A model generated the notes under the pieces. That model saw nothing but the letters and a program-made list of their open reading frames with translations. It was not told the DNA's origin and made no database searches. From Eledone cirrhosa (Eukaryota), in the NCBI GenBank assembly GCA_964016885.1, contig OZ024756.1:9672001-9736000 (forward strand): 64,000 nt of DNA, written 5' to 3'. Shown in pieces: positions 45,001 through 56,184 of the stretch (the stretch's first letter is position 1; each line of letters opens with the position of its first letter). A program made the position numbers and the translations under genes.

Positions 45001-48000
45001 CTCTATCTCTCTACTGTCTCCATCTCTCTACTGTCTCTACCTCTCTACTGTCTATATCTCTCTACTGTCTCTATCTCTCTACTGTCCCTATCTCTCTACT
45101 GTCTCTATCTCTCTACCGTATCTATCTCTCTACTGTCTCTATCTCTCTATTGTTTCTATCTCTCTACTGTCTCTATCTCTCTACTGTCTCCATCTCTCTA
45201 CTGTCTCTACCTCTCTACTGTCTATATCTCTCTACTGTCTCTATCTCTCTACTGTCCCTATCTCTCTACTGTCTCTATCTCTCTACCGTATCTATCTCTC
45301 TACTGTCTCTATCTCTCTATTGTTTCTATCTCTCTACTGTCTCTATCTCTCTACTGTCTCTATTTCTCTACTGTCTCTATCTCTCTACTGTCTCTACCTC
45401 TCTACTATCTCTATCTCTCTACTGTCTCTATCTCTCTACTGTCTCTATCTCTCTAAGGTCTCTATCTCTCTACTGTCTATATCTCTCTACTAACTCTATC
45501 TCTCTACTGCCTCTATCTCTCTAGTGTCTCTATCTCTCTACTGTCTCTATCTCTTTACTGACTATATCTCTCTACTGTCTCTATCTCTCTACTGTCTCTA
45601 ACTCTCTACTGTCTCTATCTCTCTACTGTCTCTATCTCTCTACTGTCTATATCTCTCTACTAACTCTATCTCTCTACTCTCTCTATCTCTCTACTGTCTC
45701 TATCTCTCTACTGTCTCTACCTCTCTACTGTCTCTATCTCTCTACTCTCTCTATCTCTCTACTGTCTCTATCTCTCTACTGTCTCTATCTCTGTACTGTC
45801 TCTATCTCTCTACTGTCTGTACCTCTCTACTATCTCTATCTCTGTACTGTCTCTATCTCTCTACTGTCTCTATCTCTCTACTGTCTCTACCTCTCTACTG
45901 TCTCTATCTCTCTACTGTCTCTATCTCTCTACTGTCTCATTCTCTCTACTGTCTCTGTCTCTCTACTGTCTCTATCTCTCTACTGTCTCTATCTCTCTAC
46001 TGTCTCTATCTCTCTACTGTCTCTATCTGTCTACTGTCTATATCTCTCTACTGTCTCTACCTCTCTACTGTCTCTATCTCTCTACTGTCTCTACCCCTCT
46101 ACTGTCTCTATCTCTCTACTGTCTCTATCTCCCTACTGTCTCTATCTCTCTACTGTCTCTATCTCTCTACTGTCTATATCTCTCTACTGTCTCTACCCCT
46201 CTACTGTCTCTATCTCTCTACTGTCTCTATCTCTCTACTGTCTCTATCTCTCTACTGTCTCTATCTCTCTACTGTCTCTACCTCTCTACTGTCTCTATCT
46301 CTCTACTGTCTCTATCTCTCTACTGTCTCCATCTCTCTACTGTCTCTACCTCTCTACTGTCTCTATTTCTCTACTGTCTCTATCTCTCTACTGTCTCTAT
46401 CTCTCTTCTGTCTCTATCTCTCTACTGTCTCTATCTCTCTACTGTCCCTATCTCTCTACTGTCTCTATCTCTCTACTGTCTCTATCTCTCTACTGTCTAT
46501 CTCTCTATCGTTTCTATCTCTCTACTGTCTCTATCTCTCTACTGTCTATCTCTCTACTGTCTCTATCTCTCCACTGTCTCTACCTCTCTACTATCTCGAT
46601 CTCTCTACTGTCTCTATCTCTCTACTGTCTCTATCCCTCTACTGTCTCTACCTCTCTACTTTCTCTATCTCTCTACTGTCTCTATCTCTCTACTGTCTAT
46701 ATCTCTCTACTGTCTCTACCCCTCTACTGTCTCTATCTCTCTACTGTCTCTATCTCTCTACTGTCTCTATCTCTCTACTGTCTATATCTCTCTACTGTCT
46801 CTACCCCTCTACTGTCTCTATCTCTCTACTGTCTCTATCTCCCTACTGTCTCTATCTCTCTACTGTCTCTATCTCTCTACTGACTATATCTCTCTACTGT
46901 CTCTACCCCTCTACTGTCTCTATCTCTCTACTGTCTCTATCTCTCTACTGTCTCTATCTCTCTACTGTCTCTATCTCTCTACTGTCTCTACCTCTCTACT
47001 GTCTCTATCTCTCTACTGTCTCTATCTCTCTACTGTCTCCATCTCTCTACTGTCTCTATCTCTCTACTGTCTCTACCTCTCTACTGTCTCTATTTCTCTA
47101 CTGTCTCTATCTCTCTACTGTCTCTATCTCTCTTCTGTCTCTATCTCTCTACTGTCTCTATCTCTCTACTGTCCCTATCTCACTACTGTCTCTATCTCTC
47201 TACTGTCTCTATCTCTCTACTGTCTCTATCTCTCTATCGTTTCTATCTCTCTACTGTCTCTATCTCTCTACTGTCTATCTCTCTAGTGTCTCTATCTCTC
47301 CACTGTCTCTACCTCTCTACTATCTCGATCTCTCTACTGTCTCTATCTCTCTACTGTCTCTATCCCTCTACTGTCTCTACCTCTCTACTTTCTCTATCTC
47401 TCTACTGTCTCTATCTCTCTACTGTCTATATCTCTCTACCGTCTCTGTCTCTCTACTGTCTCTATCTCTCTACTGTCTCTATCTCTCTACTTCTCTATCT
47501 CTCTACTATCTATATCTCTCTACTGTCTCTACCCCTCTACTGTCTCTATCTCTCTACTGTCTCTATCTCTCTACTGTCTCTACCTCTCTACTGTCTATAT
47601 CTCTCTACTGTCTCTATCTCTCTACTGTCCCTATCTCTCTACTGTCTCTATCTCTCTACCGTATCTATCTCTCTACTGTCTCTATCTCTCCATTGTTTCT
47701 ATCTCTCTACTGTCTCTATCTCTCTACTGTCTCCATCTCTCTACTGTCTCTACCTCTCTACTGTCTATATCTCTCTACTGTCTCTATCTCTCTACTGTCC
47801 CTATCTCTCTACTGTCTCTATCTCTCTACCGTATCTATCTCTCTACTGTCTCTATCTCTCTACTGTCTCTATCTCTCTACTATCTATATCTCTCTACTGT
47901 CTCTATCTCTCTACTGTCCCTATCTCTCTACTGTCTCTATCTCTCTACCTTATCTATCTCTCTACTGTCTCTATCTCTCTATTGTTTCTATCTCTCTACT

Positions 48001-51000
48001 GTCTCTATCTCTCTACCGTATCTATCTCTCTACTGTCTCTATCTCTCTACTGTCTCTATTTCTCTACTGTCTCTATCTCTCTACTGTCTCTACCTCTCTA
48101 CTATCTCTATCTGTCTACTGTCTCTATCTCTCTACTGTCTCTATCTCTCTAAGGTCTCTACCTCTCTACTGTCTCTATCTCTCTACTGTCTATATCTCTC
48201 TACTGCCTCTATCTCTCTATTGTCTCTATCTCTCTACTGTCACTATCTCTTTACTGACTATATCTCTCTACTGTCTCTATCTCTCTATTGTTTCTATCTC
48301 TCTACTGTCTCTATCTCTCTACCGTATCTATCTCTCTACTGTCTCTATCTCTCTACTGTCTATATCTCTCTATTGTTTCTATCTCTCTACTGTCTCTATC
48401 TCTCTACCGTATCTATCTCTCTACTGTCTCTACCTCTCTACTGTCTATATCTCTCTACTAACTCTATCTCTCTACTCTCTCTATCTCTCTACTGTCTCTA
48501 TCTCTCTACTGTCTCTACCTCTCTACTGTCTCTATCTCTCTACTGTCTCGATCTCTCTACTGTCTCTATCTCTCTACTGTCTCTATCTCTCTACTATCTC
48601 TATCTCTCTACTGTCTATATCTCTCTACTGCCTCTATCTCTCTACTGTCTATATCTCTCTACTGTCTCTATCTCTCTACTGTCTCTATCTCTCTACTGTC
48701 TCTACCTCTCTACTGTCTCTATCTCTCTACTGTCTCTATCTCTCTACCGTCTCTATCTCTCTACTGTCTCTATCACTCTACTGTCTCTATCTCTCTACTG
48801 TCACTATCTCTCTACTGTCTCTACCTCTCTACTGTCTCTATCTCTCTACTGTCTCTATCTCTCTACTGTCTCTATCTCTCTACTGTCTCTAGCTCTCTAT
48901 TGTCTCTATCTCTCTACTGTCTCTATCTCTCTACTGTCTCTATCTCTCTACTGACTCTATCTCTCTACTGTCTCTATCTCTCCACTGTCTCTATCTCTCT
49001 ACTGTCCATTTCTCTCTACTGTCTCTACCTCTCTACTGTCTCTAGCTGTCTACACTCTCTACCTCTCTACTGTCTCTATCTCTCTACTGTCTATATCTCT
49101 CTACTGTCTCTATCTCTCTACTGTCTCTATCTCTCTACTGTCTCTATCTCTCTACTGTCTCTACCTCTCTACTGTCTCTATCTCTCTACTGTCTCTATCT
49201 CTCTACTGTCTCTATCTCTCTACTGTCTCTATCTCTCTACTGTCTCTACCTCTCTACTATCTCTATCTCTCTACTGTCTCTATCTCTCTACTGTCTCTAA
49301 CTCTCTACTGTCTCTATCTCTCTACTGTCTCTATCTCTCTACTGTCTATATCTCTCTACTGTCTCTGTCTCTCTACTGTCTCTATCTCTCTACTGTCTCT
49401 ATCTCTCTACTGTCTCTATCTCTCTACTATCTATATCTCTCTACTGTCTCTACCCCTCTACTGTCTCTATCTCTCTACTGTCTCTATCTCTCTACTGTCT
49501 CTATCTCTCTACTGTCTCCATCTCTCTACCTCTCTACTGTCTATATCTCTCTACTGTCTCTATCTCTCTACTGTCCCTATCTCTCTACTGTCTCTATCTC
49601 TCTACCGTATCTATCTCTCTACTGTCTCTCTCTCTCTATTGTTTCTATCTCTCTACTGTCTCTATCTCTCTACTGTCTCCATCTCTCTACTGTCTCTACC
49701 TCTCTACTGTCTATATCTCTCTACTGTCTCTATCTCTCTACTGTCCCTATCTCTCTACTGTCTCTATCTCTCTACCGTATCTATCTCTCTACTGTCTCTA
49801 TCTCTCTATTGTTTCTATCTCTCTACTGTCTCTATCTCTCTACTGTCTCCATCTCTCTACTGTCTCTACCTCTCTACTGTCTATATCTCTCTACTGTCTC
49901 TATCTCTCTACTGTCCCTATCTCTCTACTGTCTCTATCTCTCTACCGTATCTATCTCTCTACTGTCTCTATCTCTCTATTGTTTCTATCTCTCTACTGTC
50001 TCTATCTCTCTACTGTCTCTATTTCTCTACTGTCTCTATCTCTCTACTGTCTCTACCTCTCTACTATCTCTATCTCTCTACTGTCTCTATCTCTCTACTG
50101 TCTCTATCTCTCTAAGGTCTCTATCTCTCTACTGTCTATATCTCTCTACTAACTCTATCTCTCTACTGCCTCTATCTCTCTAGTGTCTCTATCTCTCTAC
50201 TGTCTCTATCTCTTTACTGACTATATCTCTCTACTGTCTCTATCTCTCTACTGTCTCTAACTCTCTACTGTCTCTATCTCTCTACTGTCTCTAACTCTCT
50301 ACTGTCTCTATCTCTCTACTGTCTCTATCTCTCTACTGTCTATATCTCTCTACTAACTCTATCTCTCTACTCTCTCTATCTCTCTACTGTCTCTATCTCT
50401 CTACTGTCTCTACCTCTCTACTGTCTCTATCTCTCTACTCTCTCTATCTCTCTACTGTCTCTATCTCTCTACTGTCTCTATCTCTCTACTATCTCTATCT
50501 CTCTACTGTCTATATCTCTCTACTGCCTCTATCTCTCTACTGTCTATATCTCTCTACTGTCTCTATCTCTCTACTGTCTCTATCTCTCTACTGTCTCTAC
50601 CTCTCTACTGTCTCTATCTCTCTACTGTCTCTATCTCTCTACCGTCTCTATCTCTCTACTGTCTCTATCTCTCTACTGTCTCTATCTCTCTACTGTCACT
50701 ATCTCTCTACTGTCTCTACCTCTCTACTGTCTCTATCTCTCTACTGTCTCTATCTCTCTACTGTCTCTATCTCTCTACTGTCTCTATCTCTCTATTGTCT
50801 CTATCTCTCTACTGTCTCTATCTCTCTACTGTCTCTATCTCTCTACTGTCTCTATCTCTCTACTGTCTCTATCTCTCTACTGTCTCTACTTCTCTACTGT
50901 CCCTATCTCTCTTCTGTCTCTATCTCTCTACCGTCTCTATCTCTCTACTGTCTCTATCTCTCTATTGTTTCTATCTCTCTACTGTCTCTATCTCTGTACT

Positions 51001-51841
51001 GTCTCTATCTCTCTACTGTCTCTATCTCTCTACTGTCTGTACCTCTCTACTATCTCTATCTCTCTACTGTCTCTATCTCTCTACTGTCTCTATCTCTCTA
51101 CTGTCTCTACCTCTCTACTGTCTCTATCTCTCTACTGTCTCTATCTCTCTACTGTCTCATTCTCTCTACTGTCTCTGACTCTCTACTGTCTCTATCTCTC
51201 TACTGTCTCTATCTCTCTACTGTCTCTATCTCTCTACTGTCTCTATCTGTCTACTGTCTATATCTCTCTACTGTCTCTACCTCTCTACTGTCTCTAGCTC
51301 TCTACACTCTCTACCTCTCTACTGTCTCTATCTCTCTACTGTCTATATCTCTCTACTGTCTCTATCTCTCTACTGTCTCTATCTCTCTACTGTCTCTACC
51401 TCTCTACTGTCTCTATCTCTCTACTGTCTCTATCTCTCTACTGTCTCTATCTCTCTACTGTCTCTATCTCTCTATTGTCTCTATCTCTCTACTGTCTCTA
51501 TCTCTCTACTGTCTCTATCTCTCTACTGTCTCTATCTCTCTACTGTCTCCATCTCTCTACTGTCTCTACCTCTCTACTGTCTATATCTCTCTACTGTCTC
51601 TATCTCTCTACTATCTCTATCTCTCTACTGTTTCTATCTCTCTACTGTCTCTATCTCTCTACTGTCTCTACCTCTCTACTGTCTCTATCTCTCTACTGTC
51701 TATATCTCTCTACTGTCTCTATCTCTCTACTGTCTCTATCTCTCTACTGTCTCTACCTCTCTACTGTCTCTATCTCTCTACTGTCTATATCTCTCTACTG
51801 TCTCTATCTCTATACTGTCTCTATCTCTCTACTGTCTCTAT
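1..51841 (+). repeat. Giant 17-bp tandem satellite (CTCTCTACTGTCTCTAT)n, about 3,050 copies, continuing beyond the left window edge
   Basis: The register repeats every 17 nt, and the translations repeat every 17 aa (LSLYCLYLSTVSISLLS = 3 monomers). Variants are mostly point substitutions plus occasional short-deletion monomers. No non-satellite insertion was seen. Confidence 0.99.
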
Positions 51842-51869
51842 GACAGTAGAGAGATAGAGATATAGAGAC
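51818..51869. repeat. Fold-back inverted repeat at the satellite terminus
   Basis: TCTCTATCTCTCTACTGTC (51818-51836), loop TCTAT, then GACAGTAGAGAGATAGAGA (51842-51860), followed by a further inverted fragment TATAGAGAC up to the PLE reading frame. Confidence 0.93.
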
Positions 51870-53764
51870 TCATTAGTGATATCAAATTTCGTAAGTACAA
51901 TAATAACTTCCAAACTAAACTATCTAACGATATTTCTAATTTTAGAAATTCTACAAACACTTTTGTTGTTTCTGATAAAACTAAAAATCTCTTGGAAGTT
52001 AATAGTACTTTGTATAACCAACTTTTAACTAATAGTATTACCAACAAATATCAATTAACTAATAATAATACCTACAATACTATCAATAAAGAAGCTAAAG
52101 AACTAGCTAGTTCTTTAAAAATAGACAACCGGATTGAAAGCCTAGCTAAGCTTAAAACTTATATTACCCTTAAAGACCATAAATTGGACTTTACTAATCG
52201 ACCTAGTTTTAGACTGATTAACCCGGCTAAATCCGAAGTTGGCCTTGCAAGTAAAAAAATCTTAAGAAAAATAATTCTCCAAATTAGAACTAACACTGAC
52301 CTATCACAGTGGCTAAATACTTCCTCTGTTATTTCTTGGTTTAATAATATACAAGGTAAAAATAAGTGTAGATTTTCCCAATTTGATATTGTCGATTTTT
52401 ACCCCTCTATTACTGTTTCCTTATTAACTAATGCCTTAGATTTTGCAAGACCCTTCATTAATATTTCTAAATTAGAAGAAGACATTATCTTTCATGCTAG
52501 AAAAACTTTACTCTTTACTAATGAAAATATTTGGGTTAAAAAGTCAAACCCTGAAAACTCTTTTGATGTTGCAATGGGTTCATATGACAGTGCGGATGTG
52601 TGCGACTTAGTAGGATTATTCCTTCTCCACACACTCAAAGGGAAATTTCCTTCCCATAATATCGGTTTATACCGTGATGACGGATTAGCAGTTTCTGATA
52701 GCACCAACGGCCATAACCTGATAAATTCCGTAAAGATTTAATCAATACTTTTGCTAATCTTAACCTTAAAATCACTATAGATACGAACATTACTAATGCT
52801 AACTTTCTTGATATTAATCTTGATCTACTTACCGCCTCTTTTAAACCCTATCATAAACCTAATGAAAATCTTAGGTATATACACAAAGAGTCTTGCCATC
52901 CCCCTATAGTTTTTAATAATCTTATTCCTAACATTAGCCGTAGGATTTCTACCTTATTTTCGTCTATAGACATTTTTAATAAAGCCGCCCCTTATTATAA
53001 TAAAGCCCTTAAGAACAGCGGTTTTACAGAAAAAATTTCTTATTTACCCCCCCCCCCCTAAAACTAACCACAATAACAGAAAAAGGAAAATTATTTGGTT
53101 CACACCCCCCTTCTCTCTAACTGTCAAAACTAATGTAGGAAGGAAATTCCTTGAACTCTTAGACAAACATTTTCCTCCTCATCATAGATATTATAAGATT
53201 TTTAATAGGAACGTAGTTAAGATCAGTTATTCTTGTTGCCCATCTATGAAGTCCAAGATCACCAGTTCAAATCATACGAGAACAAATCCAGGATGCAGTT
53301 GCAGGAAGCCGGATGAATGCCCATTGCAGGGTAAATGTAACACCAAATCTGTTGTTTATGAGGCTAAAATAACACCGGTAATCAGCAACCAGCCAGCCAG
53401 GAGTGAGCGATATGTCGGTATGACCCAGGACAGGTTTAAAACCAGATTTTACTCACATGTCGCTTCTTTTAAGCACTCCGATAAACGAACATCAACGGCC
53501 CTCGCAAGTAAGGTGTGGGAATTCAAGGATAGTAACATCCCGTACTCTATCGATTGGTCTATCTTAGACCATTCGAGGGAGTACCAAAGGGGCACAAAGA
53601 ATTGTTCTTTGTGAACCACAGAATAATATAGGATTTTGCTAAACTTGAGAGCCACTTCCGCTTGCCTTAACTCAAAGACTGAGATCTTCAGATGCTGTCC
53701 TCATCTGAAATCACATCTGATCTGTAACTGGATTGACACTCCTATGATAAATCAACCGCCTTGA
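51866..53764 (+). pseudogene. Penelope-like element reverse transcriptase plus C-terminal GIY-YIG endonuclease, disrupted (possibly Nematis-type)
   Basis: Reads LISDIKFRK..SDKTKNL, ITLKDHK, FRLINPAKSEVG, FDIVDFYPSI, AMGSYDSADVCDLVG, GLYRDDGL (YRDD at 52670-52681). After a frameshift near 52720: NFLDINLDL, FKPYHKPN, YIHKESCHPP. After a frameshift in the C12 run (53047-53058): RKRKIIWFTPPF, KHFPPHH, KIFNRNVVKISYSC, CSCRKPDECPLQGKC, VVYEAKI..RYVGMT..FKTRFYSH, CSL*TTE*YRIL..LNSKTEIFRCCPH. In-frame stops at 53612 and 53624; terminal TGA at 53762-53764. Confidence 0.93.
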
Positions 53765-53997
53765 ACTCCTTCTCTGCTCTTTACTTCTGCTACGGTTTTT
53801 TTATTTGCTGAATCCACGTTCTGTACTCTGTATTTTTTTTTCTCCCTTATCTCCCCTTATATTTCACCTTTTCCTATGCCCCCCCCCCCAATATATTCTT
53901 TTTGCCTTACCCTTCACATACCAATATGTATGTGTATGTATGTGTGTGTGTATATATATGTGTATATATATGTGTGTATATATATGTATATATAGAT

Positions 53998-54100
53998 AAA
54001 CCAGGTTTTTTTCATTCTGAGGATTGAAGGAAAAATTTTTTTGCTTTTAAGAAACCACTGGTGAATGGAATAATTGCCTTATGTTGCTTATTACATTACT
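53998..54100 (+). repeat. Direct repeat copy 1 (pLTR-like, contains HHR)
   Basis: Aligns by eye with 55651-55758: CCAGG..TTCATTCTGAGGATTGAA..TTGCTTTTAAGAAACCACTGGT.AATGGAATAATTGCCTTATG..TATTACAT.ACT. Confidence 0.9.
54010..54070 (+). ncRNA. Type I hammerhead ribozyme, degenerate copy (GUG at the cleavage triplet)
   Basis: Stem I TTTCATT/AATGGAA, core CTGAGGA (54017-54023), weakened stem II, GAAAC-CA-C-TG-GTG. G at position 17 is not an NUH site. Confidence 0.75.
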
Positions 54101-54179
54101 TCTATATATATGTATATGTAAGGTTCATATGAATTATCTAAGATTGAGTTTTACACACACACATATATATATGTATGTG

Positions 54180-54212
<33 letters not shown>

Positions 54213-54336
54213 GTGTTTATATTTGGTTGTGCGTGTTTATGATATGTACGTATTTGTATGTGTATAATTGTATAGCTATGTATGTATGTGTGTGTGTATG
54301 TATACATATATATGTGTGTGTGTATGTGTGTGTGTG

Positions 54337-54367
<31 letters not shown>

Positions 54368-54826
54368 GTGTATATGTGTGTGTATAATTGTATACGTGTG
54401 TGTGTGCGTGTTTGTGTATGTATTTGTGTATGTGTATGTATGTGTTTATGTATTTGTATATTTATGTGTGAGAGTGTGTGTATGTATTTACTTTTTCGTA
54501 CGTATGTGTACGTGCATTTGTGTGTATTGCTTACCACGCGTGTCTGTTTATCTACCCGTTGTTTGTATCGCTGTCAACTGTATAATAATCTTTATTATTA
54601 TTTTATTTTTATTTTTTTATATATATTTTTATTATATTTATTTGCGTGTGTGAATATGTAGAGGAGTGTATATTTTTCTAATTTTGTACATGTATATGTA
54701 CGCATTTATGTATGTGTATGTATGTACGTGTGTATATAGGTATGATTGTGTGCATGTATGTATGTATGTATATGTATGTGTGTATGGCTATGTATGTGTA
54801 TGTGTATGCATGTATATGTGTATATA

Positions 54827-54892
<66 letters not shown>
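54101..54892. repeat. Degenerate (TG)n/(TA)n/(TATG)n microsatellite tract
   Basis: Alternating purine-pyrimidine repeats ending in a pure (TA)n run. Confidence 0.9.
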
Positions 54893-54899
<7 letters not shown>

Positions 54900-54968
54900 A
54901 AAAAGCGATGAAATCGAAAATGCAACTGAAGTCTTATTTTTTTTAAAAATATATATATTTATTTGGTT

Positions 54969-55006
54969 CCTTTACCGGTTTCGCAGTTCTTCTGCTTTTC
55001 AAAAGG
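54969..55006 (-). ncRNA. Minimal hammerhead ribozyme (U3-A8 variant), inverted-arm copy
   Basis: Exact reverse complement of 55079-55116. Confidence 0.75.
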
Positions 55007-55078
55007 TGAGTTGAGATGGAGGGTCTGTGGTTTTTCTCACATCTGTGAGAAAAACCACAGACCCTCCATCTCAACTCA

Positions 55079-55116
55079 CCTTTTGAAAAGCAGAAGAACT
55101 GCGAAACCGGTAAAGG
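55079..55116 (+). ncRNA. Minimal type I hammerhead ribozyme with U3-A8 core
   Basis: CCTT | TTGAAAA | GCAG-AAGAA-CTGC | GAAA-CCGG-TA | AAGG. Stem I CCTT/AAGG, stem II 4 bp, palindromic ACCGGT in place of stem III, GUA cleavage triplet at 55110-55112. Confidence 0.78.
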
Positions 55117-55247
55117 AACCAAATAAATATATATATTTTTAAAAAAAATAAGACTTCAGTTGCATTTTAGATTTCATCCCTTTTTCTTTATACTTCCACT
55201 CGTGTAGGACACCTCGGTTATTTTTCATTTTGTAAAAAAAACCTCAC

Positions 55248-55253
<6 letters not shown>

Positions 55254-55299
<46 letters not shown>

Positions 55300-55448
55300 A
55301 TATATATGTGTGTGTGGTTGTATATATGTATGTGTATGTATGGATGTGTTGATATTTATGTGCGTATGTACGTATGTGTATATGTATGTGTATGTGTGTA
55401 TTTATATACACATATATATGTGTATATGTGTGTGTGTATGTATGAGTG

Positions 55449-55523
<75 letters not shown>

Positions 55524-55560
55524 ATATATGATTTTGTGTGTTTGTGTGTGTGCTTGCATG
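55254..55560. repeat. (TA)n/(TG)n compound microsatellite
   Basis: Direct inspection. Confidence 0.9.
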
Positions 55561-55650
55561 TGTGGTTTTATTTTATTTTTCCTTTCCTCCTTCTTTCTCC
55601 AGCCTCACTTTCATATAGTTTGCATTTTTGTTTTTAAAATCCAAATTCAA

Positions 55651-55822
55651 TAAACAGACCAGGATTTTTTCATTCTGAGGATTGAAAGCAACATTTTTTG
55701 CTTTTAAGAAACCACTGGTAAATGGAATAATTGCCTTATGTGGTTTATTACATAACTATTAAGCTCTGTTACCTACATAGAGCACTCTTTTTTCCTGGAC
55801 TTTTCCGACGGAATTACTTCAC
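55651..55822 (+). repeat. Direct repeat copy 2 (pLTR-like) with 3' tail
   Basis: Matches 53998-54100, then adds about 65 nt containing the hairpin GCTCTGT-TACCT-ACATAGAGC-ACT before (AT)n. Confidence 0.85.
55668..55727 (+). ncRNA. Type I hammerhead ribozyme, apparently intact
   Basis: Stem I TTTCATT/AATGGAA; CTGAGGA at 55675-55681; stem II TTGAAAGCAA-CATTTT-TTGCTTTTAA; GAAAC-CA-C-TG-GTA, with GUA at 55718-55720. Confidence 0.87.
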
Positions 55823-55980
55823 ATATATATATAATATATATAATTATATATAATTATAATTATATATAATATATAATTATATATATATATAATATAGAAT
55901 ATTATAAGCATATATATAAGCATATATATAAGCATATATATAAGCATATATATAAGCATATATATAAGCATATATATAAG

Positions 55981-56015
<35 letters not shown>

Positions 56016-56132
56016 TAATTATATATAATTATAATTATATATAATATATAATTATGTATATATATATAAGCATATATATAAGCATATATATAAGCATATA
56101 TATATATAAGCATATATATAAGCATATATATG

Positions 56133-56184
<52 letters not shown>

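Larger units (their letters stand above)
54893..55253 (+). mobile_element. Family A fold-back hammerhead element: about 150-bp inverted arms (54893-55192, centre 55042/55043) plus a single-copy 3' tail, inserted in (TA)n
   Basis: Near-perfect palindrome ...TTTTTCTCACA TC TGTGAGAAAAA...; tail 55193-55253; (TA)n on both sides; second copy at 60986-61129. Confidence 0.85.
51866..55822 (+). mobile_element. 5'-truncated Penelope-like retroelement: RT-GIY-YIG ORF remnant plus putative 3' region with two hammerhead-bearing repeats and a 3' tail
   Basis: PLE-type ORF at 51866-53764, then a pyrimidine-rich UTR, direct repeats 53998-54100 and 55651-55758 each containing an HHR, and a tail ending in (AT)n at about 55822. 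The 3' boundary is inferred. Confidence 0.8.

Noticed and set aside
1-51841. CRISPR array or canonical telomeric repeat
   Set aside because: There are no unique spacers, the context is eukaryotic, and the unit does not resemble TTAGGG-type repeats.
887-51843. Dozens of very long + strand ORFs (up to 3314 aa) rich in Leu/Ser/Tyr/Cys
   Set aside because: The 17-mer has no stop codon in any + frame, so all three frames give the same LSLYCLYLSTVSISLLS repeat. Indels shift frames freely, and starts and stops come from sporadic variants. These are satellite artefacts.
53047-53058. Programmed frameshift at the C12 run
   Set aside because: More simply a homopolymer slippage mutation or sequencing error in an already disrupted copy.
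51838-53655. Short minus-strand ORFs (69, 71 and 68 aa)
   Set aside because: They are antisense shadows of the PLE ORF with no recognisable motifs.
54893-55192. Palindromes interpreted as DNA-transposon MITEs or pre-miRNAs
   Set aside because: Asymmetric single-copy tails, variable fold-back points and embedded hammerhead cores fit PLE inverted pLTR structure better. MITE status is not formally excluded without a genome-wide survey.
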